Part shown: positions 18,368-27,549 of the stretch, in pieces | How positions within the stretch are numbered: position 1 is the stretch's first letter | Layout of the letters: each line of letters begins with the position of its first letter | Made by a program: the position numbers and the translations under genes | Assembly (NCBI GenBank): GCA_963809175.1 | Contig: CAWEIK010000001.1 | Coordinates: 886,792-950,791, forward strand | DNA from: an uncultured Actinomycetes bacterium | GTDB lineage: Bacteria > Actinomycetota > Thermoleophilia > Gaiellales > Gaiellaceae | Length of the DNA stretch: 64,000 bases | Reading direction: 5' to 3' | The notes under the pieces: model-generated | Seen by the model: the letters and a program-made list of their open reading frames with translations, nothing else | Database searches by the model: none | Told to the model about the DNA's origin: nothing

Positions 18368-20460
18368 GCCTCTGCACCTCATGCGGCCAGGAGAACCCGG
18401 CGATCGCGCGGTTCTGCCTCGCCTGCGGCCAGCCGCTCGCCGGCGAGGACGAGGCACCGCACGAGGAGCGCCGCCTGGTCAGCGTCATCTTCGTCGACCT
18501 CGTCGGCTTCACGTCACGTTCCGAGCGCCTCGACCCCGAGGACGTGCAGGCGCTGCTCCGGCCGTACCACGACGCCGTCCGAGGAGAGATCGAGTCGTTC
18601 GGCGGCGTCGTCGAGAAGTTCATCGGCGACGCGATCGTCGGGATGTTCGGCGCACCGATCGCGTTCGGCGACGACGCCGAGCGAGCCGTGCGCGCGGGAC
18701 TCGCCGTGCGAGACCGCGTGCGCGCGATCGACGAAGCCGACCCGCAGCTCGACCTGAAGATCCGCGTCGCGGTGAACACCGGCGAGGCGCTCGTCGTGAT
18801 GAACGCGCGCGCCGCGCTCGGCGAGGCGATGGTCACCGGTGACGTCGTCAACACCGCGGCTCGGCTCCAGACCGATGCCCCGGTCGGCGGCGTGCTCGTC
18901 GGCGAAGAGACCTATCGCGCGACGCGTGCGGCGATCGTCTACGAGCCTGCTCCGGCGGTCAACGCGAAAGGCAAGGAGCTCCCGGTTCCGGCGTGGGTTG
19001 CGCTCCACGAGGCACACGTCCCGGGGGAACGCGCGCTGGCCGGCGCGCTCGTCGGACGGGCGCGCGAGCTGGAGCTGCTGAGCGGGACGTGGGACCGAGT
19101 CGCCTCCGAGCGGACGCCGCAGCTCGTGACGGTGATCGGGCCGGCGGGGGTCGGGAAGACACGGCTCGGAGTCGAGTTCGCCGGGCTCGTCGAGGCGCGC
19201 GGCGGCCGGATCGTCCGCGGGCGCTCGCTTCCCTACCGTGAGAGCACCGCGTACGCCGCGCTCGGCTTCCAGCTGAAGCAGCTCTGCGGCATCTTCGAGA
19301 CCGACAGCGTCGAGTCCGCGCTGCAGAAGCTCGAAGACGCGGTCTCGACGCTGCTGCCACCCGCCGAGTCGCGCAGCGTCACCGAGCACCTCGCGGTCTT
19401 GCTCGGTTTGGACCAGTCGGGCACCGTCGCCGACCGCGAGAGCCTCTTCTTCTCGATTCGCACCTTCATCGAGGCGGTCGCGACCGACCAGCCGACGCTG
19501 CTCGTGTTCGAGGACCTCCACTGGGGCGACGACAGCCTGCTCGACCTCGTGGAGCTCCTGGCGGCGCGGCTGCGCGACCTGCCGATCCTCGTCGTCGTGC
19601 TCGCGCGCCCGGAGCTCCTCGACGCTCGACCGACGTGGGGAGGCGGGCTCGTCGCGCACTCCGCCCTGCAACTGCGCCCGCTCGACGCGCATGACGCGTC
19701 GGAGCTCGCCGCGAACCGCCTCACGGAGCTCGGCTTCGGCGAGCGTGCAGGTGAGGCGATGGAAGTCGCGCAGCTCGCCGACGGCAACCCGCTGTTCATC
19801 GAGCAGCTCGTCGGCGCGCTCGCGGAGACGGGTGCGACCGAGGCTGCGCTGCCGACGACGATCAGGGAGCTGATCGCGGCACGGCTCGACGCGCTGCCGC
19901 CGGGCGAGCGAACGATCCTGCTCGACGCAGCGGTGTCGGGAAAGGTGTTCTGGCGTGGTGCGCTCGAGCGAATGACGCCGGACACGACGGCGTTGGGCGC
20001 AGCGCTTGCCGAGCTGGAGCGGCGCGACCTCGTCGCGCGCGACACGGTGTCTGCCTTCGAGGGCGACCAGCAGTACTCGTTCAACCACGTGCTCGTCCGG
20101 GACGTCGCGTACGAGCTCCTCCCACGCACTCGACGCCAGGAACGCCACCGCGAGATGGCGCGCTTCTTCGAGGACGCGAGCGGCGAGTTCGGCGAGGTCG
20201 GAGCCGCTCTCGCTCGGCACTGGCGCGACGCAGGCGACCAGGCGCGCGCCGTCGACTACTTCGCTGCGGCGGCGGCGGCTGCCGAGCGCGGCTGGGCGAA
20301 GCGGCGCGCCGCGGAGCTCTACCGCGAGGCCTACACCCTCGTCCCGGAGACCGACCCACGGCGGACCGAGCTCAGGCGACGTCTCGCGCTCGCCGAGCAG
20401 GCGAGCCTCCACGTGCTCGACGCGAGGCTGCTGGGCCTGGGCGGCCCGGGCGCGGGCTAG
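18364..20460 (+). CDS. zinc-ribbon / class III nucleotidyl cyclase / AAA (STAND) ATPase protein
   Basis: GTG 18364. CTSCGQENPAIARFCLACG zinc ribbon. VIFVDLVGFTS cyclase domain. P-loop GPAGVGKTRL. EDLHWGD. 698 aa, intact, with no HTH output domain. Confidence 0.8.
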   Translation: MSLCTSCGQENPAIARFCLACGQPLAGEDEAPHEERRLVSVIFVDLVGFTSRSERLDPEDVQALLRPYHDAVRGEIESFGGVVEKFIGDAIVGMFGAPIAFGDDAERAVRAGLAVRDRVRAIDEADPQLDLKIRVAVNTGEALVVMNARAALGEAMVTGDVVNTAARLQTDAPVGGVLVGEETYRATRAAIVYEPAPAVNAKGKELPVPAWVALHEAHVPGERALAGALVGRARELELLSGTWDRVASERTPQLVTVIGPAGVGKTRLGVEFAGLVEARGGRIVRGRSLPYRESTAYAALGFQLKQLCGIFETDSVESALQKLEDAVSTLLPPAESRSVTEHLAVLLGLDQSGTVADRESLFFSIRTFIEAVATDQPTLLVFEDLHWGDDSLLDLVELLAARLRDLPILVVVLARPELLDARPTWGGGLVAHSALQLRPLDAHDASELAANRLTELGFGERAGEAMEVAQLADGNPLFIEQLVGALAETGATEAALPTTIRELIAARLDALPPGERTILLDAAVSGKVFWRGALERMTPDTTALGAALAELERRDLVARDTVSAFEGDQQYSFNHVLVRDVAYELLPRTRRQERHREMARFFEDASGEFGEVGAALARHWRDAGDQARAVDYFAAAAAAAERGWAKRRAAELYREAYTLVPETDPRRTELRRRLALAEQASLHVLDARLLGLGGPGAG

Positions 20461-20747
20461 GCCGGAACCGGCGGGAAGTCCGCCGGCGTGACGTCGCCGG
20501 CGATCTCGTGGAGCGACTCGACGTGGTGCCTGCCGAGTCGCTTGGAGTGCTCCATGACCGCCTCTTCGTCCGGGGCGTCGTAGACGCAGTAGGTCAGGAC
20601 GTTGCCGTCGGGCTCGACGACGACGTGACTGTGCTCCCACGTGATCTCCGGGAGCTCGTCCTCGGTGATCTCTCTCGAGCGCCGTCCGACGAAAGGCATC
20701 TGGCTCTCGTCGACCGAGAACCGCCTGACGATCAGGTAGCGAGGCAT
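20457..20747 (-). CDS. DUF4242-like small protein
   Basis: 96-aa ORF MPRYLIVRRF.. 9 nt downstream of the dihydropyrimidinase stop on the same strand. Confidence 0.6.
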   Translation of the reverse strand: MPRYLIVRRFSVDESQMPFVGRRSREITEDELPEITWEHSHVVVEPDGNVLTYCVYDAPDEEAVMEHSKRLGRHHVESLHEIAGDVTPADFPPVPA

Positions 20748-20756
20748 ACGCAGATC

Positions 20757-22183
20757 CTATAGCCGGGCTAGGCGGTTACCGCCGCCCCACCCTTCAGCTC
20801 TTCGCCGAACTTCGCGCGCGCGGACGAAGCGCCCGATCCCGGGCGAGGCGACCAGCTCGTCGTTCTCGACGAGCACGTTCCCGCGCAGCAGGACGATCTC
20901 CGGCGTCCCCGTCACCTCGGTCCCCTCGTAGAGGTTGTAGTCCGTGCGCGAGTGCTGGCCGTCCGCCGTGATCACGTGCTTGCGGTTCGGGTCGAAGATC
21001 ACGAGGTCCGCGTCGGAGCCGACCGCAACCGTGCCCTTGCGCGGATAGAGCCCGAAGAGCTTCGCCGGGTTCGTCGCGAGCAGCTCGACCATCCGGTTGA
21101 GCGAGATCCGGCCGGCACGTGCTCCGAACTCGTGGATCATGTGCAGCCGGTTCTCGAGCCCCGGCCCGCCGTTCGGGATCTTCGAGAAGTCGTCCTTGCC
21201 CATCGTCTTCTGGTCGCCCCAAGGTGAACGCGCAGTGGTCGGTCGAGATCACCGAGAGCGAGTCCGTGCGGACGGCGTTCCAGAGGACGTCCCAGTTCGA
21301 CTTGTCGCGCACCGGCGGCGAGTAGACGTACTTCGCGCCCTCGAAGTTCGGCTTCGCGATGTCGTCGAGGCTGTTGAAGAAGTACTGCGTGCAGGTCTCG
21401 CCCCAGACGTCCCAGCCGTTCTCGCGGGCGAGCGCGATCGGGTCGACCGCCTCCTTGCAGGTCACGTGCACGACGTAGAGCGGAGCGCCGGCGACGTGCG
21501 CGAGCTGGATCGCGCGGTTCGTCGCCTCGCCTTCCGCCTCGGGCGGCCGCGTGAGCGCGTGGTAGAGCGGCTCGGTGTTCCCGGCCGCGAGCGCCTGCTT
21601 CACGAGCACGTCGATCAGGTCGCCGTTCTCGGCGTGCACCATCACGAGCGCGCCCGACTGCGCCGCCACCTCCATCGCGCGGAAGAGCGTCTCGTCGCTC
21701 ACCATGAGCGCGCCCTTGTACGCCATGAAGAGCTTGTACGAGGTGACGCCCTGCTCGGGCAGCGACGCGAGCTCCTCGAGCGAGCCGCCCTCGTCCAGGT
21801 CGGTGATCGCCATGTGGTAGCCCATGTCGATCACCTGCTTGCCTTCGGCCTTCGACTTCCAGTCGTCGAGCGCCGCGGCGAACGTCGAGCCCTGCGGCTG
21901 GATCACGAAGTCGACGTGGCAGGTCGTGCCGCCGAACGCGGCCGCGGTCTGCCCGGACTCGACGTCGTCGATCGTCACGGTGCCGCCGAACGGCATGTCG
22001 AGGTGCGTGTGCGGGTCGATGCAGCCCGGCAGCACGTACTTGCCGTGCGGCGTCGATCACCCGGTCGGCCTCGACGTCGAGCGACTCGCCGATCAGGGAG
22101 ATCCGCTCGTCCTCGACGTAGACGTCGCCGACGTAGTCGTCTGCCGCGGTGATGACGCGGCCGCCTTTGATCAAGATTGACAT
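20757..22183 (-). pseudogene. dihydropyrimidinase / D-hydantoinase, two frameshifts
   Basis: Three consecutive reverse frames: MSILIKGGRVITA..VIDAA, then KYVLPGCIDPHTHLDMPFGG..STDHCAFTLG, then QKTMGKDDFSKIPNGGPGLE... Junctions near 22045 and at the CCCC run 21217-21220. 1427 nt minus 2 gives 475 codons. Confidence 0.85.
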
Positions 22184-22210
22184 GCGGATCTCCCTTCTCG
22201 GCTCACGTTG

Positions 22211-23338
22211 CTACTTGCCGCCCTCGGTCACTTCGACGGTCTCCTTCTGCCAGTCGGCGCCGTTCCCGTCCTCGCCCAGCTCGTCGTACGCAGCCTGGGC
22301 GAGGTCGGTGCGGTACGCGTCCGACGTCGCGTCCTTGGCGATCACGCCGAACTGCTTCGAGATGTCGGCGGTCCGCTGGAACGCGGCCTCGTCCATCAGC
22401 CCGATCCCGGTCTCGTTCGGCCAGATCAGCGCGTTGATCTCGTTCAGCTGCCAGCGCTGGTGGCCTTCGCCGAGCGTCGGGCCGTTGTCGAGCACGATCT
22501 GCAGGCACTCCTCGGCGTTGTCGCGGCAGAAGATCCAGCCGCGGAAGCTCGCCTTGAGGAAGCGCTTGGCGATGTCCTGGTTCGCCTCCTCGGCGATCCA
22601 GTCGCCGCGGACGAACACGCCGTCCTCGAGCATCGCGGTGCCTGCGTCTTCCATCGTGATCACGTTCAGGTCGTCGAGCGTGTAGAGCTCACCCGTGTCC
22701 GGGTTCTTCTGCTCGAGCACCTGCGCGAGCTCGTTGTACGTCATCGCCGCAGCCGCGTCGACCTGCTCCGAGACGAAGAGGCTCATGTCGAACGGCTGGT
22801 TGACGATCGTGACCTCGTCCTTGTTCTTCGGGTCGATCCCGTTCTTCGTCAGCGCCGCGAACAGCTCGAACTCGTTGCCGCAGCACCACACGCCGACCTT
22901 CTTGCCCTTCATGTCGGCGACGTTCTCGATCCCGCTGTCCTTCCACGTCACCTCGGTCATGCCCGACCGGGCGAACACCTGCGCGATGTTGACGATGTCG
23001 CCGCCCTTGTCGCGCGTGGCGAGGAGGGACGGGAGCCAGTCGATCCCGAACTCGGCGCCGCCGCTCGCGACGACCTGCTCGGGCGTGATGTCCGGCCCGC
23101 CGGGCTTGATCGTGACGTCGAGGCCCTCCTCGTCGTAGTACCCCTTCGCCAGCGCCGCGTAGTAGCCCGCGAACTGCGCCTGCGGGACCCACTTGCTCTG
23201 GAGCGTGATCTTGTCGTTCTGCCCCCCGGCGGTGTCCGCCGCTCCCCCGTCGTCGTCGTCCCCGCCGCAGGCGGCGAGCGCGAGCATCGCCGCGGCGAGC
23301 AGCGTTGCGAGAAAGAACCACGTCGTACGACCTCTCAT
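22211..23338 (-). CDS. ABC transporter substrate-binding lipoprotein, NMT1/THI5 (NitT/TauT) type
   Basis: 375-aa ORF with lipobox LALAAC and sequence typical of NMT1-like binding proteins. Confidence 0.8.
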   Translation of the reverse strand: MRGRTTWFFLATLLAAAMLALAACGGDDDDGGAADTAGGQNDKITLQSKWVPQAQFAGYYAALAKGYYDEEGLDVTIKPGGPDITPEQVVASGGAEFGIDWLPSLLATRDKGGDIVNIAQVFARSGMTEVTWKDSGIENVADMKGKKVGVWCCGNEFELFAALTKNGIDPKNKDEVTIVNQPFDMSLFVSEQVDAAAAMTYNELAQVLEQKNPDTGELYTLDDLNVITMEDAGTAMLEDGVFVRGDWIAEEANQDIAKRFLKASFRGWIFCRDNAEECLQIVLDNGPTLGEGHQRWQLNEINALIWPNETGIGLMDEAAFQRTADISKQFGVIAKDATSDAYRTDLAQAAYDELGEDGNGADWQKETVEVTEGGK

Positions 23339-23351
23339 CCCTCTCCTTTCG

Positions 23352-24173
23352 TCACTCCGCCCTTCGGGCGGACGGATGCCATCCCATGGTCAGGCGCTCG
23401 AGCAGCACGATCGCCAGATAGAAGCTGATGCCGAGGATGCTCGCGACGAGGATCGCCGCCCAGGCCGTCTCGAAGGCGAAGAGCGCCGCCGAGTTGCGGA
23501 TCTGGACGCCGAGCGCCTCCTGCGTCCCGCCGAAGTACTCCCCGACCACGGCACCGATCATCGCGAGGACGCTCGCGACTTTCAATGCCGAGAACAGAAA
23601 CGGCAGCGAGTTCGGGATCCTCACGCGGCGGAAGATCTCGACCTCGCCGGCGGCGTACGAGCGCATCAGCTCGATCGAGGACGGGTGCACCGAGGTCAGG
23701 CCGCGCAGCATGTTGACGAGCACCGGGAAGAAGCACAGGACCGCCGCGACCGCCATCTTCGAGAGCGGGTTCAGCACTCCGAACCACTGGTTCGTGATCG
23801 GGGCGAACGCGATGATCGGGACGGCGTTCGCGGCGATCGCGTAGGGCATGATCGCCGCCGAGAGCCCGCGCCAGCGCGCGAGCACGAGCGCCACGACGAT
23901 GCCCGCGGAGCAGCCGATCGCGAACCCGCCGAGCGCTTCCTTGAACGTGTACCAACCCGCGCTCCACAGCGCGTCGCGCTCGTCCCAGAACGTTCGCGCG
24001 ATGTCGCTCGGCGGGGGCAGGAGGAAGCGCTGGATCTCGAGGGCCGCGACGAGCCCCTCCCAGAGCCCGAGCCCGATCAGGAGCACGCCGACCGCCGGCA
24101 GCCACGAGCGCGCGCCGCGCATCGTGCGGCCGAGCAGCCGCTCGCCGGCGACGGGTGTTGCCAGCACGCTCAT
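23352..24173 (-). CDS. ABC transporter permease (NitT/TauT type)
   Basis: ATG 24173..24171 overlaps the ATPase stop (ATGA). 273 aa, multi-TM. Confidence 0.8.
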   Translation of the reverse strand: MSVLATPVAGERLLGRTMRGARSWLPAVGVLLIGLGLWEGLVAALEIQRFLLPPPSDIARTFWDERDALWSAGWYTFKEALGGFAIGCSAGIVVALVLARWRGLSAAIMPYAIAANAVPIIAFAPITNQWFGVLNPLSKMAVAAVLCFFPVLVNMLRGLTSVHPSSIELMRSYAAGEVEIFRRVRIPNSLPFLFSALKVASVLAMIGAVVGEYFGGTQEALGVQIRNSAALFAFETAWAAILVASILGISFYLAIVLLERLTMGWHPSARRAE

Positions 24174-24968
24174 TCGGCCTCCGCGGCGCGGAGCGTGGGC
24201 GCGCGCCCCGAGCCGCCGTGCAGCGCCTCGCGCAGCTGCGTGACCAGCTCGAAGAAGCTCGGCTCTTCGCGCGTCTCGTAGGTCCGCGGCTGCGGGAGGT
24301 CGATCGGGATGAGCTCGGTGATCCGTCCCGGCCGCGGCGACATCACGACGACCCGCGTCGAGAGGAAGACCGCCTCGGCGATCGAGTGCGTGACGAACAG
24401 GACGGTGCAGCCCGTCTCCGACCAGATCCGCAGCAGCTCGCCGTTCAGCCGCTCGCGGGTCATCTCGTCGAGCGCGCCGAACGGCTCGTCCATCAAGCAG
24501 CAGCGCCGGCGAGAACGACAGCGCGCGCGCGATCGCGACGCGCTGCTGCATCCCGCCGGACAGCTCCCACGGGTGTCGCTTCTCGAAGCCGGTCAGCTCG
24601 ACGAGCTCGACCATCTCCTTCACGCGTGCGTCGCGCTTCGACCGGTCCCACCCGGCCATCTCGAGCGGCAGCGCGATGTTGCGCGCGACCGTTCGCCAGT
24701 CGTAGAGCACCGCGTCCTGGAAGACGATCCCGTACTCGCCGTCGCGACGCGCCTGGTCGGCGCTCTTGCCGTTCACCACGACCTCGCCCGAGCTCGGCTG
24801 GATCAGGTCGCCGACGATCCGCAGCAGCGTGGACTTGCCGCAGCCGGACGGGCCGATCAGCGAGATGAACTCGCCGGGCTGCACGTCGAGGTCGATCTCT
24901 TGGAGGGCTGTCACCTCTCCTCTGGCAAATGTCTTGCCGACCTTCCGGAGCGAGACCGCGGCGCTCAC
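24170..24968 (-). pseudogene. ABC transporter ATP-binding protein, one frameshift
   Basis: GTG 24968 overlaps the upstream permease stop (GTGA). Walker A GPSGCGKST and signature LSGGMQQRVAIARAL in one frame. After ..PALLL the Walker B MDEPFGALDE continues in the next frame. Junction about 24495-24498. 799 nt minus 1 gives 266 codons. Confidence 0.85.
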
Positions 24969-25792
24969 GCGACGTGCTCCGGGGCGCGGCGGACGACGAA
25001 GTGCTCGACGATCGCGACGATCGCGAAGAACGTGATCCCGAGCAGTGCGGCGATCAGGTTCGTCGCCCAGAGGCTCGGAGGCGAGCTGAGGTAGTACTGG
25101 TTGAAGTTGAGGATCGCCCCGCCGAGACCCTCCTGGATCGACGACGGAAGCTCGCCGACGATCGCACCGACCACGCTCGCGGTCGCCGAGATCTTGAACG
25201 CGACGAAGAGATACGGAAGTGACGCGGGCACCTTCAGCTTCCAGAGCACCGACCACTTTCCCGCCGCGTACGAGCGCATCAACTCGAGCGCGCGCGGGTC
25301 GGCGGAGTCGAGGCCGCGCAGCGTGTTGATCGTGACCGGGAAGAACGTCAGGAACGCGGCGATGATCGCGACCGAGAACCACGCCGGCGTGCCGCGCGAG
25401 CCGGTCCAGACGACGACCATCGGCGCGATCGCGAGGATCGGGATCGTCTGGGACGCGACGATGTACGGGAGCACGCCGCGCTGGAGCAGGCGCGAGTGGT
25501 GCAGGACGACGCCGATCGCGAACCCGATCGCCGCGCCGAGGACGAACCCGACCGCCGCTTCCTTCGCCGTGAAGAGCGCGGAGTGCCAGAGCACCTCGAT
25601 CAGGAGCGGCCCGTTCGTCCGTGAGGGCTCGAACAGCTGGCCGACGATCTCGTGCAGGTGCGGCATCGTCAGGTCGGTCACGGTGAAGGCTCCGAGCCGG
25701 AGGTCGGTGGCCTCGCCGAGCCACTTGAAGCCCTCCCAGAGACCCCAGAGCACCGCGAGCACCGCGAACAACATTCCAACCTTGCGGAGCAC
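24965..25792 (-). CDS. ABC transporter permease (NitT/TauT type)
   Basis: GTG 25792 preceded by GGGAGGA. 275 aa, multi-TM. The upstream part of the 359-aa track ORF is not protein-like. Confidence 0.75.
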   Translation of the reverse strand: MLRKVGMLFAVLAVLWGLWEGFKWLGEATDLRLGAFTVTDLTMPHLHEIVGQLFEPSRTNGPLLIEVLWHSALFTAKEAAVGFVLGAAIGFAIGVVLHHSRLLQRGVLPYIVASQTIPILAIAPMVVVWTGSRGTPAWFSVAIIAAFLTFFPVTINTLRGLDSADPRALELMRSYAAGKWSVLWKLKVPASLPYLFVAFKISATASVVGAIVGELPSSIQEGLGGAILNFNQYYLSSPPSLWATNLIAALLGITFFAIVAIVEHFVVRRAPEHVA

Positions 25793-25811
25793 CGGTTTAT
25801 CCTCCCAGGCC

Positions 25812-27162
25812 GTGCCGCTGACGCCAAGCCGAACCGTCGACGAGCTTCGAGAGCTCCGCGAGCTGACCGGAAACGAGGACGGCGCCCAGCGGGTCGCGTG
25901 GACGGACACGTGGGCGCAGGCGAAGGAGTGGCTGAGCGGCAAGCTGGCCGGGACCGGGGTCGAGGAGGAGACCGACGAAGCCGGGAACCAGTGGTTCACG
26001 CTGCGCGGCGCCTCCGACCGCGCGCTGCTGATCGGCGGCCACATCGACTCGGTTCCGAACGGCGGCTGGCTCGACGGCTGCCTGAACGTGATCGCCGGCG
26101 TCGAGGTGCATGCGCCGGCTCGCCGAGGAGGGCGAGCAACCGCTCACCGTTCGCCTCGTCAACTGGGCGGACGAGGAGGGTGCGCGCTTCGGCCGCTCGC
26201 TCTTCGGCTCGAGCGCAGCGGCCGGCTCGATGAACGACCAGGACGAGCTCCGGCAGCGCAAGGACGCCGAGGGCGTCTCGCTTCCCGACGCGATCGGCGC
26301 GTACGGCGTCGATCTCGACCGCGCCCTCGACGCGCGGAGGCAGCTCGAGGACGCTGCCGCCTACCTCGAGCTGCACATCGAGCAGGGCCCCGTGCTCGAG
26401 TCGCTGGACCTGCCCCTGGGAGTCGTCCTCGGCACCTTCGGCGTCGAGCGGCACCTGGTCACCTGGCGCGGCCAGGCGGCGCACGCGGGCTCGACGCCGA
26501 TGGACAAGCGCCGCGACGCGCTGGCCGGCGCCGCGAAGCTCGCGCTCGAGATCCGCCCGATCGCCGCGCAGGTCGGAGCCGGTGCGGTCTGCACGTCCGG
26601 CGGTGTCGTGACCAAGCCGGGGATCGTCACCTCCGTCGTCGAAACGGCCGAGCAGCTGCTCGACCAGCGGCATCTCGACGCCGACTCGCTCGCGGAGCTG
26701 CTCCGGCTCGCGAAGGAGGCGTCGGAGCGCTTCGCCGAGGAAGAGAACATCGAGGTCGAGTGGGAACGCATCTGGAGCATCGAGCCGATCCCGTTCGACG
26801 CCGAGCTGATCGAGCTCGCCGACGAGTCCATCCACGAGGTCGCGGGCACGTCGCACCGTCTGCCGAGCGGCCCGCTGCACGACGCCGCGGAGGTCGCCCG
26901 TGCCGGCATCCCGACCGTGATGCTCTTCGTGCAGAGCCTGCGCGGTCTCTCGCACACGAAGCTCGAGGACACGAAGCCGGAGCACCTGGAGCTCGCGGTT
27001 CAGGCGCTCGACCGCCTGACCACGAAGACGCTCGAGCTGCTCTGGCTAGAAGAACCTGACGAGGGCGACGCCGGCCGCGACGAGCGCGATTCCCAGCAGC
27101 CGCCCCGGCGTGATCGGGTTCTCCTCGAACCCGACCCAGCCGAAGTGGTCGACGAGCAGTGA
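25812..27162 (+). pseudogene. M20-family N-carbamoyl-amino-acid amidohydrolase (beta-ureidopropionase/allantoate amidohydrolase family), frameshifted
   Basis: Frame 0 reads ..LIGGHIDSVPNGGWLDGCLNVIAGVEV. Frame 1 reads MRRLAEEGEQPLTVRLVNWADEEGARFG... Junction near 26109. The 3-prime end is uncertain. As written the frame runs to 27162, overlapping the convergent gene by 117 nt. One more +1 indel near 27030-27046 would end it at TAG 27047-27049, giving 412 codons. Confidence 0.75.
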
Positions 27163-27492
27163 CGCGAACGCCTGGCCGGCGAGGATCACCGCCACGAGGG
27201 TCGCCGCGCCGAGCTTCGGCGCCGCGACGACGCTGCCGAGCACGTAGAACGCGCCGAGCAGCCCGCCGACCCAGACCCACCACGGCGTGTCGGCAAGCGA
27301 GCCGCCCGAGGGCCAGTCGCGGTAGGCGGCGAGCATCACGATGAAGAGCGCGGCGGTACCGACCGCGAACGAGATCAGCGTCGCCCGGAGCGGGCTGTCC
27401 ACCCAGGTCGCCAGCTGGGCGTTGATCCCGAACTGGATCGGGAGCATCGCGCCGGCCACGAACCCGAAGAGCAGGTAGGGCCAGATTGCCAC
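27046..27492 (-). CDS. DMT-superfamily small membrane protein (DUF606/YdcZ-like)
   Basis: 148-aa ORF with about 5 TM helices and the motif AGQAFASLLVDHFGWVGF. Confidence 0.7.
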   Translation of the reverse strand: MAIWPYLLFGFVAGAMLPIQFGINAQLATWVDSPLRATLISFAVGTAALFIVMLAAYRDWPSGGSLADTPWWVWVGGLLGAFYVLGSVVAAPKLGAATLVAVILAGQAFASLLVDHFGWVGFEENPITPGRLLGIALVAAGVALVRFF

Positions 27493-27549
27493 GTGGCACG
27501 ATTCGGGGGAAGATCACGGTTTCCCTGCCAGCCCGAGCCTGGAGGTCAC

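Noticed and set aside
14387-20460. Very long forward ORFs (1086 aa at 14387-17647 and 1377 aa at 16327-20460)
   Set aside because: These are stop-poor frames in GC-rich DNA. The upstream portions run antisense to, or out of frame with, the aminotransferase and mmsA genes and translate to Arg/Gly/Pro-rich junk. The real genes begin at 16115, 17644 and 18364.
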